NCBI GenBank assembly: GCA_964016885.1
Contig: OZ024746.1
Location: 19,344,001 to 19,408,000, forward strand
DNA length: 64,000 bases
From: Eledone cirrhosa
Lineage: Eukaryota
Direction: 5' to 3'
This document shows positions 1 to 32,560 of this stretch, one piece after another. The position numbers and the translations under genes were made by a program. How positions within the stretch are numbered: the stretch's first letter is position 1; each line of letters begins with the position of its first letter. The notes beneath the pieces were generated by a model. The model searched no databases. It worked only from the letters and a program-made list of their open reading frames with translations, and had not been told where the DNA came from.

Positions 1-285
1 CATGCACTGTCCTTGAGTGGCTTGATGCCCAATTTCCAGGATGTTGGCTGGGTTGTCAAGGTCCCCATGAATGGCCAGCAAGAAGCCCTGACTTAATGCC
101 ATGTGATTTTTTTCCTGTTGGGGTGAGCAAAGGAAGAAGTTTATAGCTCTGACTCAATTAGAGGAACACATTCATCATGTACTGACCAATATACCACCTG
201 AATTCTTGTTGAAGTCAGTCAAGGATATACTCAGATGATTACAAATACTGGTGGACATTGCTGGACCTATGTAGAATTTTAACAC
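1..285 (+). mobile_element. Degenerate Tc1/mariner-superfamily transposase C-terminal fragment
   Basis: Translates to WLDAQFPGCWLGCQGPHEWPARSPDLMPCDFF..., the WP-x-SPDL-x-P-x-D motif, followed by stops and frameshifts. Confidence 0.75.
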
Positions 286-691
286 TGTACTGTACTTCTA
301 TCATTATACTGTTCAAAATAAAATATATGTTTTATAAAAATCAACCAATAATTAATAAAGCTATTAATAATTTTAAATAGGGATTTACCTTCCAACCTCT
401 AGATTATTAATATCTTAACTATTGAAAGAGTAAAAATTTTAATTTTGAAAAAATTTTTTGTTGGTATAAAAACTAATTTTATAAAACCGAATTAAATATA
501 GGTTTTTACATGACCTATGGTTAAATTTTTAGTATCGTTGGTCTTGGGTTGATATTTATTGTAAAGTTGCAATACATCAAACAAATCATTTTAATAATAA
601 TTAGATAATAATGATCAATCAATTTTATTTTATTTATTTTTTTGGTAATATTTATTAATATATATTAAAATGTATGTATTTTATTTTTTAG

Positions 692-18769
<18,078 letters not shown>

Positions 18770-19365
18770 CTGATAGATCTTTTGAGTCTTTCTTCCTCCG
18801 GCCTAATTACCACCACTACCACTACCACCACCACCACCTCTGCTGTTACTGCTGCCATCTTTGTCTGTCTCTATTGCCATTACACATACACATATATATA
18901 CATACACAAATACACATACACTAACACTTCTAGAAAGCTGAGAGACCCAGTGATGCTTATCAAAAACAAATTCCTCTCCCTTCTTTGACTATTGGGACAA
19001 TGAAAAACACCTTAACCTCAACCATCAACAGCTGAAGTAAAACAACAAGTCTCGAGATTTCTTTCTTTTTTTAAATTTTTATTTATTGTCTTTGTGTTTT
19101 CTTTTGTGGGCATCTATCTGCTAGTTTCTGATAGTGTATGTTTTGTACACACATACACACACACATACACACACATACATATATACAACATATGCACTCT
19201 ATATCAACACCGGTGTGGAAATACAGTTCTACAAGGATGTTCATATATATATATGCAGATATGAGCATAGTAACTCCTATGAATTAAATGAAACTTTAAC
19301 ATGAATTTATATTTCAACAAACTTGTCCCAGATTTCCACATTTCATTTCACATTCATGTTTTAGT

Positions 19366-19760
19366 TACCATCAGCTGACATATGGTGTATTTTCTCCACC
19401 AACTGTCATCTGGTGTATTTTCTCCACCAGCTGTCTTCTGGTGTGTGTTCTCCACCAGCTGTCATCTGGAGTGTGTTCTCCACCAGCTGTCATCTGGTGT
19501 ATGTTCTCAACCATCTGTCATCTGGTGTATGTTCTCAACCATCTGTTATCTGGTGTATGTTCTCCATCAGCTGTCATTTGGTGTATGTTCCCGATCAGCT
19601 GACATCTGGTGTATGTTTCCCCCATCAGATGTTATTTTATATATGTTCTCCACCAACTGACATCTGGTGTATGTTCTGCATCAGCTCTCATCTGGTGTGT
19701 GTTCTCCATCAGTTGACATCACCAGATGTTCTCCACCAGCTGACATCTGGTGTATTTTCT
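19366..19760. repeat. 28-bp palindromic minisatellite (~14 units) downstream of the muskelin stop
   Basis: Unit tctccaccagctgtcatctggtgtatgt. Confidence 0.9.
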
Positions 19761-20042
19761 AGTCTTCTTCCATTTCCATCATACAGTTCAACAGTTCACT
19801 TATATTTGCTTCTTCCTAGTTCAGATATTATTAATAACAAAGAAAGAAAAGATTTGAAAAAAATGAAGCAAATATCACTAAACCATGATTTGTTGTCATA
19901 AAATATAATACTCTGGTGTTTTATAAACAACACATTTTCTAATACTTTCTCTTTTTTTGTTGTTTGACTTCCATTGATTTTTTTTTTTATTAGAAGTAAT
20001 ATTTAAGTTTCAGACTAATATGCTTTAAAATTATTAAGTAGA

Positions 20043-20253
20043 AGGGCGTGGATTGGCAGTATCGTCGGACATGCTTTGCAGCAGAGAGTTACGGCCCTTT
20101 ACATTCTAAGTTTAAATCCTGCCAAGGTTAGCTTTGTCTTTCATCCTTACGGGAGGTCGTTGATAAAATATAGTACCAGTAACGCACTTGAGTTTAATAG
20201 ACTTTCCCCTCCCTCAAAATAGTTGGCTTTGTGCCTAAATCAGAAACCATTAT
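20043..20253 (+). mobile_element. SINE family A copy
   Basis: Full head, core and tail. Confidence 0.78.
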
Positions 20254-20598
20254 TAAGTAGAAGGATGCCAACATGGTTTATTATTTAATGAGAGAATTGT
20301 CTGTTGCTTTATATAATTTATATAATTTGGTTTTTAAACTGTTATAATAGTTTTTGTTGTACTGAGAGAAGTAGGTGTGAAATGTCTTATTAAAATGTAA
20401 AGTTGATCATTTCCACTACATTTGATATACAATGAAGTAACATATTAGGAATAAGAATTATTCTATTACATCATATATGTATATATGTGTGTATATATAT
20501 ATGTCTGTGTTTATGTATGTATCAGCATGAAAAATAGACATTAAATGGTGATGATAAGGTTGATGATTATATATATATATGTGTGTGTGAGTATATGC

Positions 20599-20650
<52 letters not shown>

Positions 20651-21469
20651 TATGCATGTTTATATGTATATATGTAGTGGAGTGGCATGACCAAATGATT
20701 AAAGAGTTTGCTTTGCAACTATGTGGCATTTTAGGCCACTGAACGAAATTGGGTGGTTGGAAACCATTTGAAAATCAGTCGGATAGACCTGAAATTCAAA
20801 GGGCCAGCCTTGTCGCACACACGGTCATGTTGAATCTCCCTGAGAATTATGTGAAAGGTACAAATGTTAATCAAACAGAACAGTCATCATTGAAACTGAT
20901 GGAGGCCCATTCTGATGTGTGTGTATATCTATATGTGTATGTATATATATGTATACATATATATATATATGTGTATGTATTTGTATGTGTGTATGTGTAT
21001 CTGTATATATGTATGTGTGTGTATATATATATAAATGAGTGTATGAATGTTATAATTTATTATTATTTCCTTTTGTTTTTCTTTTTTTTGCTCTGGTAAA
21101 TTAAAATGAATCAATAACTTTGTCAGAAATTATTGATTCATATTTCTTACAGACCAAACTATTGTTGCTAATATGTTTGTTACTGAGTTTTTGTCATCTT
21201 TACTTTACTCTTTTTGTTGTTCTAGCTGTTTTACTTCACAAAATCAATCATTTGTCCCATCCATAGTCCACATATTTGTACTAACCTTTCTTTTTCCTTT
21301 CTGTGGTTTTCATAAAATCTATCATTGTTTTCCTGTCTTCTCTTCCTTTCATTGAATTTTCCATTTTTCTAATTTGTTACCTGGATTTTTTTTTATTATA
21401 TCAAGTCAAAACAATTATTTATTTTTGGAAAAATTCTTTGCAGTTATCATTTATTAATCTTTAAATGAG

Positions 21470-21992
21470 TGTGGTGGGTTGGCAGAATCAGTAGAGTGTC
21501 GGACAACATGCTCTGCTGCATAACATTACATCCCTTTATGTTCTGAGTCCAAATTCTGCCGAGGTTAACTTTGCCTTTCATCCGGGGTCGATAAAATAAA
21601 GCACCTGTAACGTACTGGAGTCGATTTAATCGACTTTCCCCTTCCCCCAAATTACTGGCCTTGTGCCTATAGTAGAAATCATTATTATGGGGTTGATAAA
21701 ATAAAGTACCAGTAATGCACTGGGTCGATTTAATCGACTTTCCCCTTCTCCCAAATTACTGGCCTTGTGCCTATAGTAGAAATCATTATTATGGGGTTGA
21801 TAAAATAAAGTACCAGTAATGCACTGGGTCGATTTAATCAACTTTCCCCTTCCCCCAAATTACTGGCCTTGTGCCTATAGTAGAAATCATTATTATGGGG
21901 TTGATAAAATAAAGTACCAGTAATGCACTGGGTCGATTTAATCGACTTACCCCTCCCGCCAAAATTGTTGGCCTTGTGCCTAAATCAGAAAC
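21470..21992 (+). mobile_element. SINE family A copy with its 3' half amplified 4x in tandem (104-bp period)
   Basis: ggggtYgataaaataaag anchors at 21584, 21689, 21793 and 21897. Confidence 0.88.
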
Positions 21993-22992
21993 GATTAATC
22001 TTTAAATGTTTTGAGAGTTTGAAGAAATACTCAGCATGATGACAAACTTTAAATCATTTTGTTTTTTCTATGTAAAACTGAAATAGATATAAGTATTTAT
22101 TATTAACAAATTGATTTTTGTTACATTCTTATGAATAATTTCTTCAATAATTTGAAACAATTGTCACAATTCTTATATAAACATGGAAGCTGTCACACAT
22201 CCCACAACACTAGATTTGTCCATTGTTTATTGTGAACATTCAGTAATTGTCTTTTTCCTGAGATTCAACTCTTGGGAAGCGCTATTATCATAAATATTGG
22301 AAATTTCTCCATCTTCCATACACAAAACCAAAAAGAACAAAAAAAATTCATGTAAACTAAATATTAAAAAAATATTGTTTGTTTAGTTTGCAAATTTCAA
22401 TTATAAAATCCCAATAATTGTATCTGCTTGCATCTATCATCAATTTTTGTTTTTCATGCAATGCAGACAAAAATCTAAGTTTTCTGTAAGATGAATTATT
22501 ATTTTCCTCTTGAAATGATGCAGTCATTGTATCAGAACTATAGAAAGTTTAAGGCCTATCAGGTTTTTTTGCCACCACTATAGAGTTTCTATAGTGTTAC
22601 CAACTCTGTTTTTGAGAAGAATTTATATATACTATGTAGGCTTGATCAGATTTTCATGACAAAACATTTGCTACAAAAAAACTAAAAAAACTGGGGGAAA
22701 AGTAAATATTTCAGCAACTGTGATAATGAATTAAAATTGTTGATATCCACCTTTGAAATTATTGCTGGTTTGAAAATCAATAAAGAAATCATTATTGGTT
22801 TGAAAATCGAAAAGTAGATTATATAAAGGACAATAAACTCTAAAAACTTCAGATGAAAAGATTACAATTTCACATTTTTTTTTTTATCATCGTGAAATTA
22901 TTTTTCCCAGTTTGGCTAACTTATGTTTTACAGGCTATTTGGTGCAGATAATCTCTCTTGAAATAAAACAATACCAAAGAAGACTAATATTT

Positions 22993-23027
<35 letters not shown>

Positions 23028-24376
23028 TGTTTTCTATGTTGGCATGGGCCATTGTGGTTCAAGTCAATTTTTATTCAAAGTTACTGTTCTAGATAGGTTA
23101 GGTAACCATGTCTTGCTCATACTTTCCCTTTATTTAGATGTATAACTAATATATACAGAATTAGCTTGTATTTTATCTGGTTCATAAGAACTTCTTATCT
23201 TTTTTTAATTATTTTTTTCTCTGTTCAAACTACATTACTTCTTTGGTGTATAATAATGCTTATATCATCATCACTGTTCGTCTCTTTTCTATGCTTGCAT
23301 AGGTTAGATGGTTTTCCCATGTTGAGGCCAGACTAGTCAGGTCACTAGATCCTCTTCATAGGCTTTGTTTTGGCTTGGTTTCTATGGCTGAATGCTTTTA
23401 CTAATGTCAACCATTTTACAGCGTGAACTGGGAGCATGGTTTCTGTGGTTGGGTGTTTTTGTAATGGTCCCAGTACTACCAACTTACAGGGTGGAATGGG
23501 TGTTTTTATCGTGACACTAGCACTACCACCTTAATGGGTGCTTTTGTAGAGGCATCGACACTACTTCATTATCATATCAGGGTGCTCAGTGTACATGGTC
23601 GTGCTATTGAGAGGAAAATAAATTCCTAGAGACTGCACTCGCTAAAAAACACCAATAATAATAATTTTTTTAAAATTAAGTCTGTTGAAAATATTAAAAC
23701 AAAAATCAACAGACAATTGTAAACATTTGCAGTGAGGAGGATAATCATTTTTTCTTATATAATTTTCTTTCACCATATTCTAAAAGTTATGAAGTAAAGA
23801 CATGTCATATGAGATTAATAAGTAAGTAAAGATAGGGTAGGGAATAGGGGAAATTATGGAATTTAATTGGGATATATAATACAAAGTAATTAATGATGTA
23901 AATTGTGGGAATGTTAAGAAATATTGAGGAAGAATTGGTTAAATTCTAAGTTTCGAAATTAGTAGGAATTCTAGTTTACTTATTAAACCAAGCAAGAGTA
24001 TATTAATTCATGGTGTTGTGAAAATAAATATACATTAGTGAAGGGCTGGTGAGAAAAATTATTTGATGAAATAAAGTATAAAGTGGTCATAGCAATGCTA
24101 GAAGTAGTTGAAATTTCTAAAATACAGTTTGATGAAATAATGTAAAGGTGGTCATCACAGGTAGATGAGATGGCTAAAATACAGCTTAGTTCTGTATCAA
24201 GATATGAAATTACTGATGTAAAATATCAGATAAAGAATAATACTTTCTCTTGTAACTAAGTCAGTTTTATTCAATTTAAATATCTCATTTAAGAATGGTA
24301 TCTTATTCCAATACCTTCAGTGACATAACTATTATCTCTTTATATCATTTAAACAATGGAACATATTTTAGTTTAA

Positions 24377-24574
24377 CACTTTAGCATTTAAACTGGCTGT
24401 ATCTTCTCTCACCTCTTTGTTTAAACCGGCTGCTCATACTGATGTTAAGGTATTGTTCTCAAAATAAATAGTATCAAAATCTCGTAGATTCGATATGTGG
24501 GATAATTATGTAAGATAAAGCCTTTTCTGTGAAAATACAACAGTAAATATAGAGTAATATAAATGCCTTTAGGG
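24377..24574. mobile_element. piggyBac-type MITE
   Basis: TTAA|cactttagcattta ... taaatgcctttaggg|TTAA; same family at ~12332-12540 and ~45705-45910. Confidence 0.7.
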
Positions 24575-25339
24575 TTAAAGTAATAAACCTATTGAATGTT
24601 AAAAATCAATCCATACCTCCTAACTAACAGTGATGATAAATTTATAAGTTCATTCAGACATTACAAATAGCCCCTGTCCAAACCACAATGACTTTCCTTG
24701 GTGACACCAAGAATTGTTCTTGGGTCATCATTGCACATATACTCTATCAATTCTCTAGAATGTAAGGTTTAACTTTCCACTGATAATTTTTGTCCAGCTG
24801 AGTCAACAAGGCCTTACACAAGCAGAGGCTTTAAGGTGCTAAAGAAACAGCTGAATAAGTAGGATTCTTGACATGACTCAATAGGTTATTAGACAACCAG
24901 CCAAGAGTTGAGACACCATTGTTTAACCTTGTTCTCCACTTAACCCACAATTCTAATAAAGGTGTCCTCATCACAATGGTCTAGGAAACAGTGTGTATGA
25001 CTGCACATTAGCAACAATATTCCAAGACCTTCCTAGTAAATGGATCTCCTGATCAATGAAACCTGTCCCTTTCCATAAGAAGCAAAAGTGCATACCTCCT
25101 ATCTGGTCAGATGTTTCTTAGGATAGGGCATGACAGTTCATACCCAAACTGATATAGGCATTAGCCACTTGTTTGACCCTTCTAGGTTTTCTTATCCCAT
25201 TTCCAAATGAGACTAACTCTCGGACTTTCAATACAGTAACAGAAGCTGCCATAGACATGTTACTCCATGTGCCAAGTTGTATGTATACTGTCTTTTTGTA
25301 GGGTATCCCACTTATTGCTGAGAGGATTGTGGGTCCTGT

Positions 25340-25615
25340 CTCCAAGCTCATGGATATTATCCAACCATCTGATTATTAAATGATGAAGCTGGCACTACTG
25401 CACCAGCTCCTGCAATTCTTGCACTTAATTCAGCCCCCTGTCTCCCATGAATACGGCCCCAATATACTTGAACTTCTCCACCTGCTTCAGTGGAACTCCA
25501 TTGACATGTAGAGTGCACTGCACAGACTTCTTTGAGAGGATGAGTGTCTCAGTTTTTGCAGCACTGATTTTCATTCCAGCCATGTAAGCACTCGGCATCA
25601 AAGTAATCCAGTGCA
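25340..25615 (-). mobile_element. RTE-clade LINE RT fragment
   Basis: AGMKISAAKTETLILSKKSVQCTLHVNGVPLKQVEKFKYIG; related piece at ~43985-44120. Confidence 0.75.
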
Positions 25616-26953
25616 CGTGTCGAGAAGTAATACTACTGAACCCAGAAGAATAATAATAAAAAAAATGGGAGAGGGTTACTTACTCTGGTTTACAGGTAAA
25701 CCGCTTTGGGAACATTTGCCCACCAGCAGCTTCATGTCCAGGATTTTTTTAGAAGCTCCCATGTCATGTGGTAAAGATTATCTGGCACAACTAACATCTA
25801 CGGTGATATTCCTCTTCTTTCTGCTGGGCGGTGGAATTGAGTCTTATATCTTTGCATTGTCATAACTCTGACCTTGTTATTGTGAGGTGGCATGCTGGTA
25901 ATTCTGATTTTGGTCACCTAATATCCCATATACAGTACAATCATAACAAAATCCTAAAGACAAGTGCAATATGGTTATAGCAATTGTTCTGGCTTCTTGG
26001 TTGTCACTGTCTAGGGTTATTTCCCTTTGAATATATGTTTCCAACCACTTATGATGTGAAGCTTTCCAGTCACTCCCTCACAGTAAACATTGATAGCAGT
26101 CTTGAGAACCATGGTTTTTTTAAAACATAAAATTTTAAACAATATGACCTTGTAGAATCTTGTGATGTTTAAGGTAAATAGCTTCGCAGTTAATTACCCT
26201 ACTATTTCTTCAATTACCACAAGACATTTTGAGAGACAATTGTAAGGTCCTTAACTTGACCCTAGTTCATGCCTGGTACAAACTATTTAAAGCATAAAAA
26301 AGAAAGACAACTTTTGTAGGATTTGAACTAATAATGTAGAGAAACCAATCTACAAGGTATTTAGTCTAATATCATCATTGTTTTTTATGTTTTTCTACGC
26401 TTGCATGGGTTGGACAGGTCCTTCTCAGTACAGTGTCTCTTCACTTCACATCTCTACTGCAGCTTCCTTCCACTGGGATTATTTGGCACTTCTTCACTCA
26501 GCAATCATCATCCATGCTCATCACATGTCCATACCAACACAGTCTCCTCTCCTACACACTACATTTGATTCCTCTTATACCCATCGAAGCATGCATGCCC
26601 AATACACTACCGTAAATTACCTTTTATGAGAAGGGGAAACAGTTATGTTTTTTTTTTTTTTAGATAAAACATTGATAAACCACATACAATAACAAAAATA
26701 AGTTCATATTAACACATATTGTTGTTAGAGAAAATGTATTTATTTTCAAGAAAAGATCATGAGAAAAAAAAAAAAAACGCTTTACAAGAAATATAGATTC
26801 TATCAAAGACAAAATATAGTGTTAATTTACACTAAGGCCTCAAATTGTGGTCGGGGGGAGGGTCATCCTTTATACACTAGGGTCACCATCATTTTTGTAG
26901 TGGAGATAGTTCTTAATGAATAGCCACCATAGTGGCCAGTGGTTGGAAACCAG

Positions 26954-26991
<38 letters not shown>

Positions 26992-29900
26992 ACATATATA
27001 TATACACATATATATACACACACACATATATATATATATTCACGTATATACATACATACACACATATATATATATACACGTTTATATATAATGAAAATAA
27101 AAAGGGCTAAGCAATGCAACACCATTTCATTGGAGGTGGGGTGAATGTGATGATGACATTTAATGACAGAATTATTGATAGTGAAATGAAGGAAGGGATT
27201 ATATAAAAAAAAAAGTATGGTAATAAATGTTGGATGAAATAAGGCGTTTTTTTATGTCCAGCACTGGTTTGCCACTAATGAAGGAGTGGTTGTCTTTTTT
27301 TTTTTGTTTTATAATTTATGGAATAAAAATTTTTTCAAATAGTCTAATTTTTTTTTCGTTTCTCTAAAGCAGCAGTGGAAAGGCACTGTTATCTGGCATA
27401 TCCAGAATAAGTTGTGGTTTTTTTTTCTTTTCTTTCGTTTTCCGTTTTAAGGTTGGGGTGGGAGTGTTACCACATCCAAAGCCAGTCTCCATGGGTTTTA
27501 ATGACACAGCGAAACACACACTCACATCCACATACACACAAATATATATAAAATCCATAGCACATCTTTTTTTAATTTTTTTTTAAGTCATGGTTGCTGA
27601 AATAAAGAATTTAATGACCATTATAGGCTTAGCAGTTAAAGAAATAAAGTACAATCACTACCATTGGTGCTTCACCTGACAATGTGGATGTGGGTATATT
27701 TGTTAAGAGTAGCAATGCTTGCAGGTTGCAAGGTTCAATGTGAACTGTCTTCTAATCCTTCTCCCCTACACTTTACTCTTTTCTGCCTGCTCCCTCCATC
27801 ATTAACTAAGGAAAGGTGAATGGATGATTTACATATAATAAATAGAACTAGTAAGATCTTGTTAAATTGTTGTTCAGAAACTGATTCAATGACATTGAAA
27901 ATAGTTGCTTAGAAACCACAATAGTTGCCTAACAACAAGATGCAGAAACCAAATAAGAAAATGTGGCTTCAAACACATTAAATTACATGAATACTAGTTG
28001 GTAATTTTTGTTTTTTGATCGATCGATAAGATCACAGATCTCATTTGCTTATTACCAGGTGGGGTGGAAATCATCAAACTGAACCAAAGAAACAATGTTT
28101 CCATTGGTCTTTCCAATGTTAATACCAGTCACAACTCCTGGCAGAAAGAGCAATGTGAAATGGTGAATACATTGCCTGGTCTAGGAATCAAACTTGAAAC
28201 CTCACAATTGTGAATCTAACTCCCTAACTACTAAGCCACATACCTTCACAACTAGTTGCTATGAAGAATGTGTTTAAGTGTGTGTATAAGTTCACTTCTC
28301 ATTCACAAGGTTCAGAATATGATCTTCTTGAACAGGATGTCTTCTACCATAGCCTTAGGTTGATACAAGTCTTAGTTTGACACAAGTCTTAGGTTGACAC
28401 AAGTCTTAGTTTGACACCAGTCTTAGTGGAACTGAGCAGATGGACAATAATTCAAACGCCCAATCCTGTCAAATTAAGTGTCATACTGAATGTGTATCAT
28501 GTTTTGTTTCTCAACCTACTCATGCTTATGGAAGAAAATGTATTCCAAATGCCACATAAATGAACTTAAGGGTCAGTCTGACTTGTTGTCCCAGCAAGAA
28601 TGCCGGAAGTGGTTCTATTGATGGAATTGGAACCTTCATTCATCAAAACCTATACAACATTATATGTGTATCACTATTTACTGATATACTGATATACCTG
28701 TATGTATTTGAATGCTTCTTTTGTTTTTGGGGGGTGGGGGTGGGGGTGGCTGGGGAAGTATCAGGGCTAGATTTATCAAGGGAGGGTGGAGGGGGCAAAT
28801 ACCCTTGGGCCCCTAACCCTGAATTGCATTGAGCCCCTCCCCCACCTGAGGTACCCTGGATAGTATCATTCAACAGTTGCAAAACTAAAATATATTAATG
28901 TGATGAGAACTCTACAAGATAGTAAGTAACCTATCTACATGTTTTCACACAATACTCTTTAAGAAAGATATTTTCCAAACCATTTTTCATATATCCATTA
29001 AACATTATAAGTGTATTATTGTAGCAGAAGTGTAGAAGTGGGGGAGAGAGGAGTAATAGTTTTCATTGCATAATTTCCACAATTAAAAGTTCACAAGACA
29101 CAAATGTGGAGGAGAAAAAAATCAGACGAGTTCTATCAAAACAAGTTTACTTTTCAGATTTTCAGAGAGTAAATGTATAATAAAAATAAAAATGATATTT
29201 TCTTTAGATTTTTTTTTAATGGAAATTTCATTGCCATACTGAAAATATAGTAAGATTTCTCGTGATTCTAACTACATTTCTAGTTAGGAGAGGTGAGGTT
29301 CTGGATGTGTTCATATAACAATTGATGAGAAAAATGTTGAGTCACATATTAAAAACACAGAAAATACTAAACTGGGGATTAACAAATGAGATGAATAGAT
29401 TCAAGGCAAAGAAGATAGTAAATGAAGAACATTGATATTAAAGTAGATCTTTCCCATGTTTTTTAACAAACAATACAGGCAAGTTGGTGAGAACAAATTA
29501 TTGACATGAGAAAGACAATTTATCAAAGGAGGCTAACATAATGGAGATATATGCAGCAGTTTATTGTCAGCTCCCTCTGATTAATTTCAAGATTAATAAA
29601 TAGAATCAACAGTTCTTCTTTAATATAATATACACATTAAAAGTAATTTTTAAAAAATATGTTTTAGTTTCTTTTTCTTGCATCATTATGAAATCTCTTT
29701 TAGGTGCTATTATAAGTTGAGTTTTTCTCTCAAATTCAACTCAAAGACAAAAAAAAGTTTACTTTTTAACTATTTCCAGTTATTCAGTTCAAGTAATTAA
29801 CACAACCCATATAGATGGCTGCTGTCTGTATTATATTCTCTATTAATAGTTTATACAAAGATTTATACTGATTTCATTTGCAAAATTAATTTTCAAGAAA

Positions 29901-32066
29901 TGTTACCAGACAAGCTAGATATTTCATCAAAAGGATTATGTTTATTGACTTTCTTTTAAAGAGAAAAAAAATCACAGACAATTAAATCTGAAAGTTATTC
30001 TAAAAAGAAATGTATTTTGTCATTTTATGGTAAGCACCTAAAAAAGATTGAGAAAATGATTAAAAGAATTAACAGATTTTTTTAATCAGTGAATTTATGA
30101 TAATGCAGACTTTAGCATAAAAAAATCACCTCTCTTCATAACATTGACTTTTCGAGCATGAGTCCATGATATTGATTTTATAGAGGGATGATTTTTCTAA
30201 TACCAATCACATTTAGAAAACGTAAGGTTGACTTTAGATTGTGAATTAAAGTCAATCAAATTTGTAAAAAAAAAAACAACAAAAAAGATCATAGGATACT
30301 GTTTAAGAATAGACATATTAACAGGTCATTTGACAATTTAGTCATTCTTGATTAAATATTAGTGAAGGGGGGTGGTGGTATTTTATGACATATAATAAGA
30401 TAAGGTGAGTTTGAATTATTTAATACGGTGACTCTCTACCAAATATGACTTATTACTGAATATCTGAAATGCTGCAACCTTTATTGTCACAAAATGATCC
30501 GACTTGCCAACTAGATTTCATTGTAGTTGGATAAGGAGGGGGGAGAGTGGAAGTAGGGAGGGGGTAAAATCTCTAAGCACTTGGGAGGAGGAAGGGAGGG
30601 GCAGTCTAATTATGATTCAATGATACCATGTTTTTTTTTTAATTAAGTGGTAAAATGGTAACCACTGGATTCACATTGAAGATATGTATAATAAGTATAG
30701 ACTGAACAATCACATTTGACAATTTAAGGATCATACTGTCTCTAAAGGAGAGAATTTAAAAGGCACAGTGTTTATACATGAGGTGGTGGTGGGAGAGGAG
30801 GAGGAGGAGGAAAACCGACAATAACAACAACAAGAGTAATCTGAATTCTTTTATGTCCACGTAAAGAACTGATACTTAGAAAAAGAAAGCTGCCACTCAA
30901 GTTATGTTTTCTCTATAAATATATCTAAAGCAGCTTCATTCATAAATGACAGTTAGAAAAAAAAATATTTATCAACTATTTTCATTACAATGAAACAGTA
31001 ATTTGTCATCAGTTTAGGCTAAGTTAGCTGAATTACTATTGTATCAGCACAAATTTTAGGGGTTTTCTTTCATTATCTGGGCTATATTGTTTCTCTGACA
31101 CAAACACTTAAACTGTGAATGATTCAGGAAGTACTGTGAGGAGAAGGTACAGCTCATCATTGCATAACTATAATGTTGTTTAATTGATTTGTAATACTAG
31201 GTTTTAATTCTTTCATGGGTCTGTAAAAGACAACTGAGAAACCATTTGGTGGTGCCTCAATGACAGAGTTACATGGTCAGTAAAAATATGTCTACGGAAG
31301 CCATTTGTAAATTATGTCTTTGCTGTCTGCATGATAGTAAATCAATACAGGATACATTAGAACAGATATAACAAAGCTAGACAAGAAAATTGATGAGAAT
31401 GAAACAGGAAAATAATGAATTAGCTAGCTTGTAATGAAAGTTCCTGAACAAAGTATCATCTCAATTGGCCATGATGGATAATAGTAGAAGAATGAAGTCT
31501 TGTATGTGAAATATCAGCAATATGCTTGTTCAACAGTCTTATACATAGATTGTATATATAAATATATATACATACATAGATGATGATACATACATATATG
31601 CATAAGGTGAAAATTAAATTGATGATTTAATACTTCAATCTTATTACATTTTAACAAGATTTCAAAAAAATTTAGGATTATAGTGAAGAAAATACAGATT
31701 ATAGTTTACAAAAACATTAAAAAAAATATTACAAAGTATAACAATACAAATAAGAAAATGGTTTTCCTCCCTTAGAAACAAACAAAAAAAAAAAGAAAGA
31801 AAAGAAAATCAATATTTTGAACCAAACACTGCTAGTAGTTTGCTAAATAAACAGATTCCATTCTAATTGTAGCTAGAAGAAGCCAACAGCTCTCCCTAGT
31901 AAAACACAACTTCCTGTCAACTGAAGCAGTTCTTTTGAGAAAAGGAAACTGGTGTTGAAATATCTCTTTTAAGTTGGAGCCAAGCTATATAAATATTTCC
32001 AGCAACACAATTATATAATGCAAACACCACAAATGTCTCTTTACTTAATTCACAAACTGATGGGAT

Positions 32067-32067
<1 letters not shown>

Positions 32068-32120
<53 letters not shown>

Positions 32121-32137
32121 TGTGTGTGTGTGTGTGT
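32068..32137. repeat. Compound (GA)n(GT)n microsatellite
   Basis: Direct reading. Confidence 0.95.
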
Positions 32138-32389
32138 CTTCTTATCTGTTGCAACTCAACACAAATATCTAATTACTCTGTCAAACTTTCCAAATAAAAG
32201 ACCATGCAGAAAATAGGTTTCATTTGTTTGTCTATTCTAATTTGGCTAATTAGTTTGTAGGTGGGGTGGTGGAAGGGTGACATATTGAAGATCGTCTTTG
32301 GTGTCACCTTGTGTGAATGTAGTATGTAATAATCTATAGGATCAAATCATGTGGAATGACTAAATAACACAATTGAAGAAATACATTAA

Positions 32390-32560
32390 CCCATTAGCAT
32401 TCACATTACTCTATATCTATTATATTTTCACAGTAAACACTTTATCTCTCATAATTATCTCACATAATATCGAATCTACAAAATTTTGCTATTTATTTTG
32501 AGAACAATACCTTAACATAAGTATGAGAAGCTGGTTATGGTTGGTTTAAATGCTAAAGGG
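32390..32560. mobile_element. piggyBac-type MITE
   Basis: TTAA|cccattagcatt ... aatgctaaaggg|TTAA. Confidence 0.75.

Noticed and set aside
19366-19760. CRISPR-like array of palindromic 28-bp repeats
   Set aside because: Units are contiguous with no unique spacers, there are no cas genes, and the context is eukaryotic; it is a minisatellite.
20541-21114. ORFs rich in YI/CV/HT repeats (also 26870-27144, 33697-34168, 37909-38321, 48492-48860, 57539-57772)
   Set aside because: These are translations of (TA)n/(TG)n microsatellites with no protein signal.
28643-28882. Pro/Gly-rich ORF (GGGGAQ..PPPPS..TPTPTP)
   Set aside because: Derived from G/C homopolymer runs; no splice or homology support.
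30978-31015. Minus-strand CTGATGA...GAAA spacing resembling a hammerhead
   Set aside because: Stem II is out of register and there is no stem I or III support. Other CTGANGA hits (803, 2482, 14960, 50568, 59331) likewise lack stems or GAAA.
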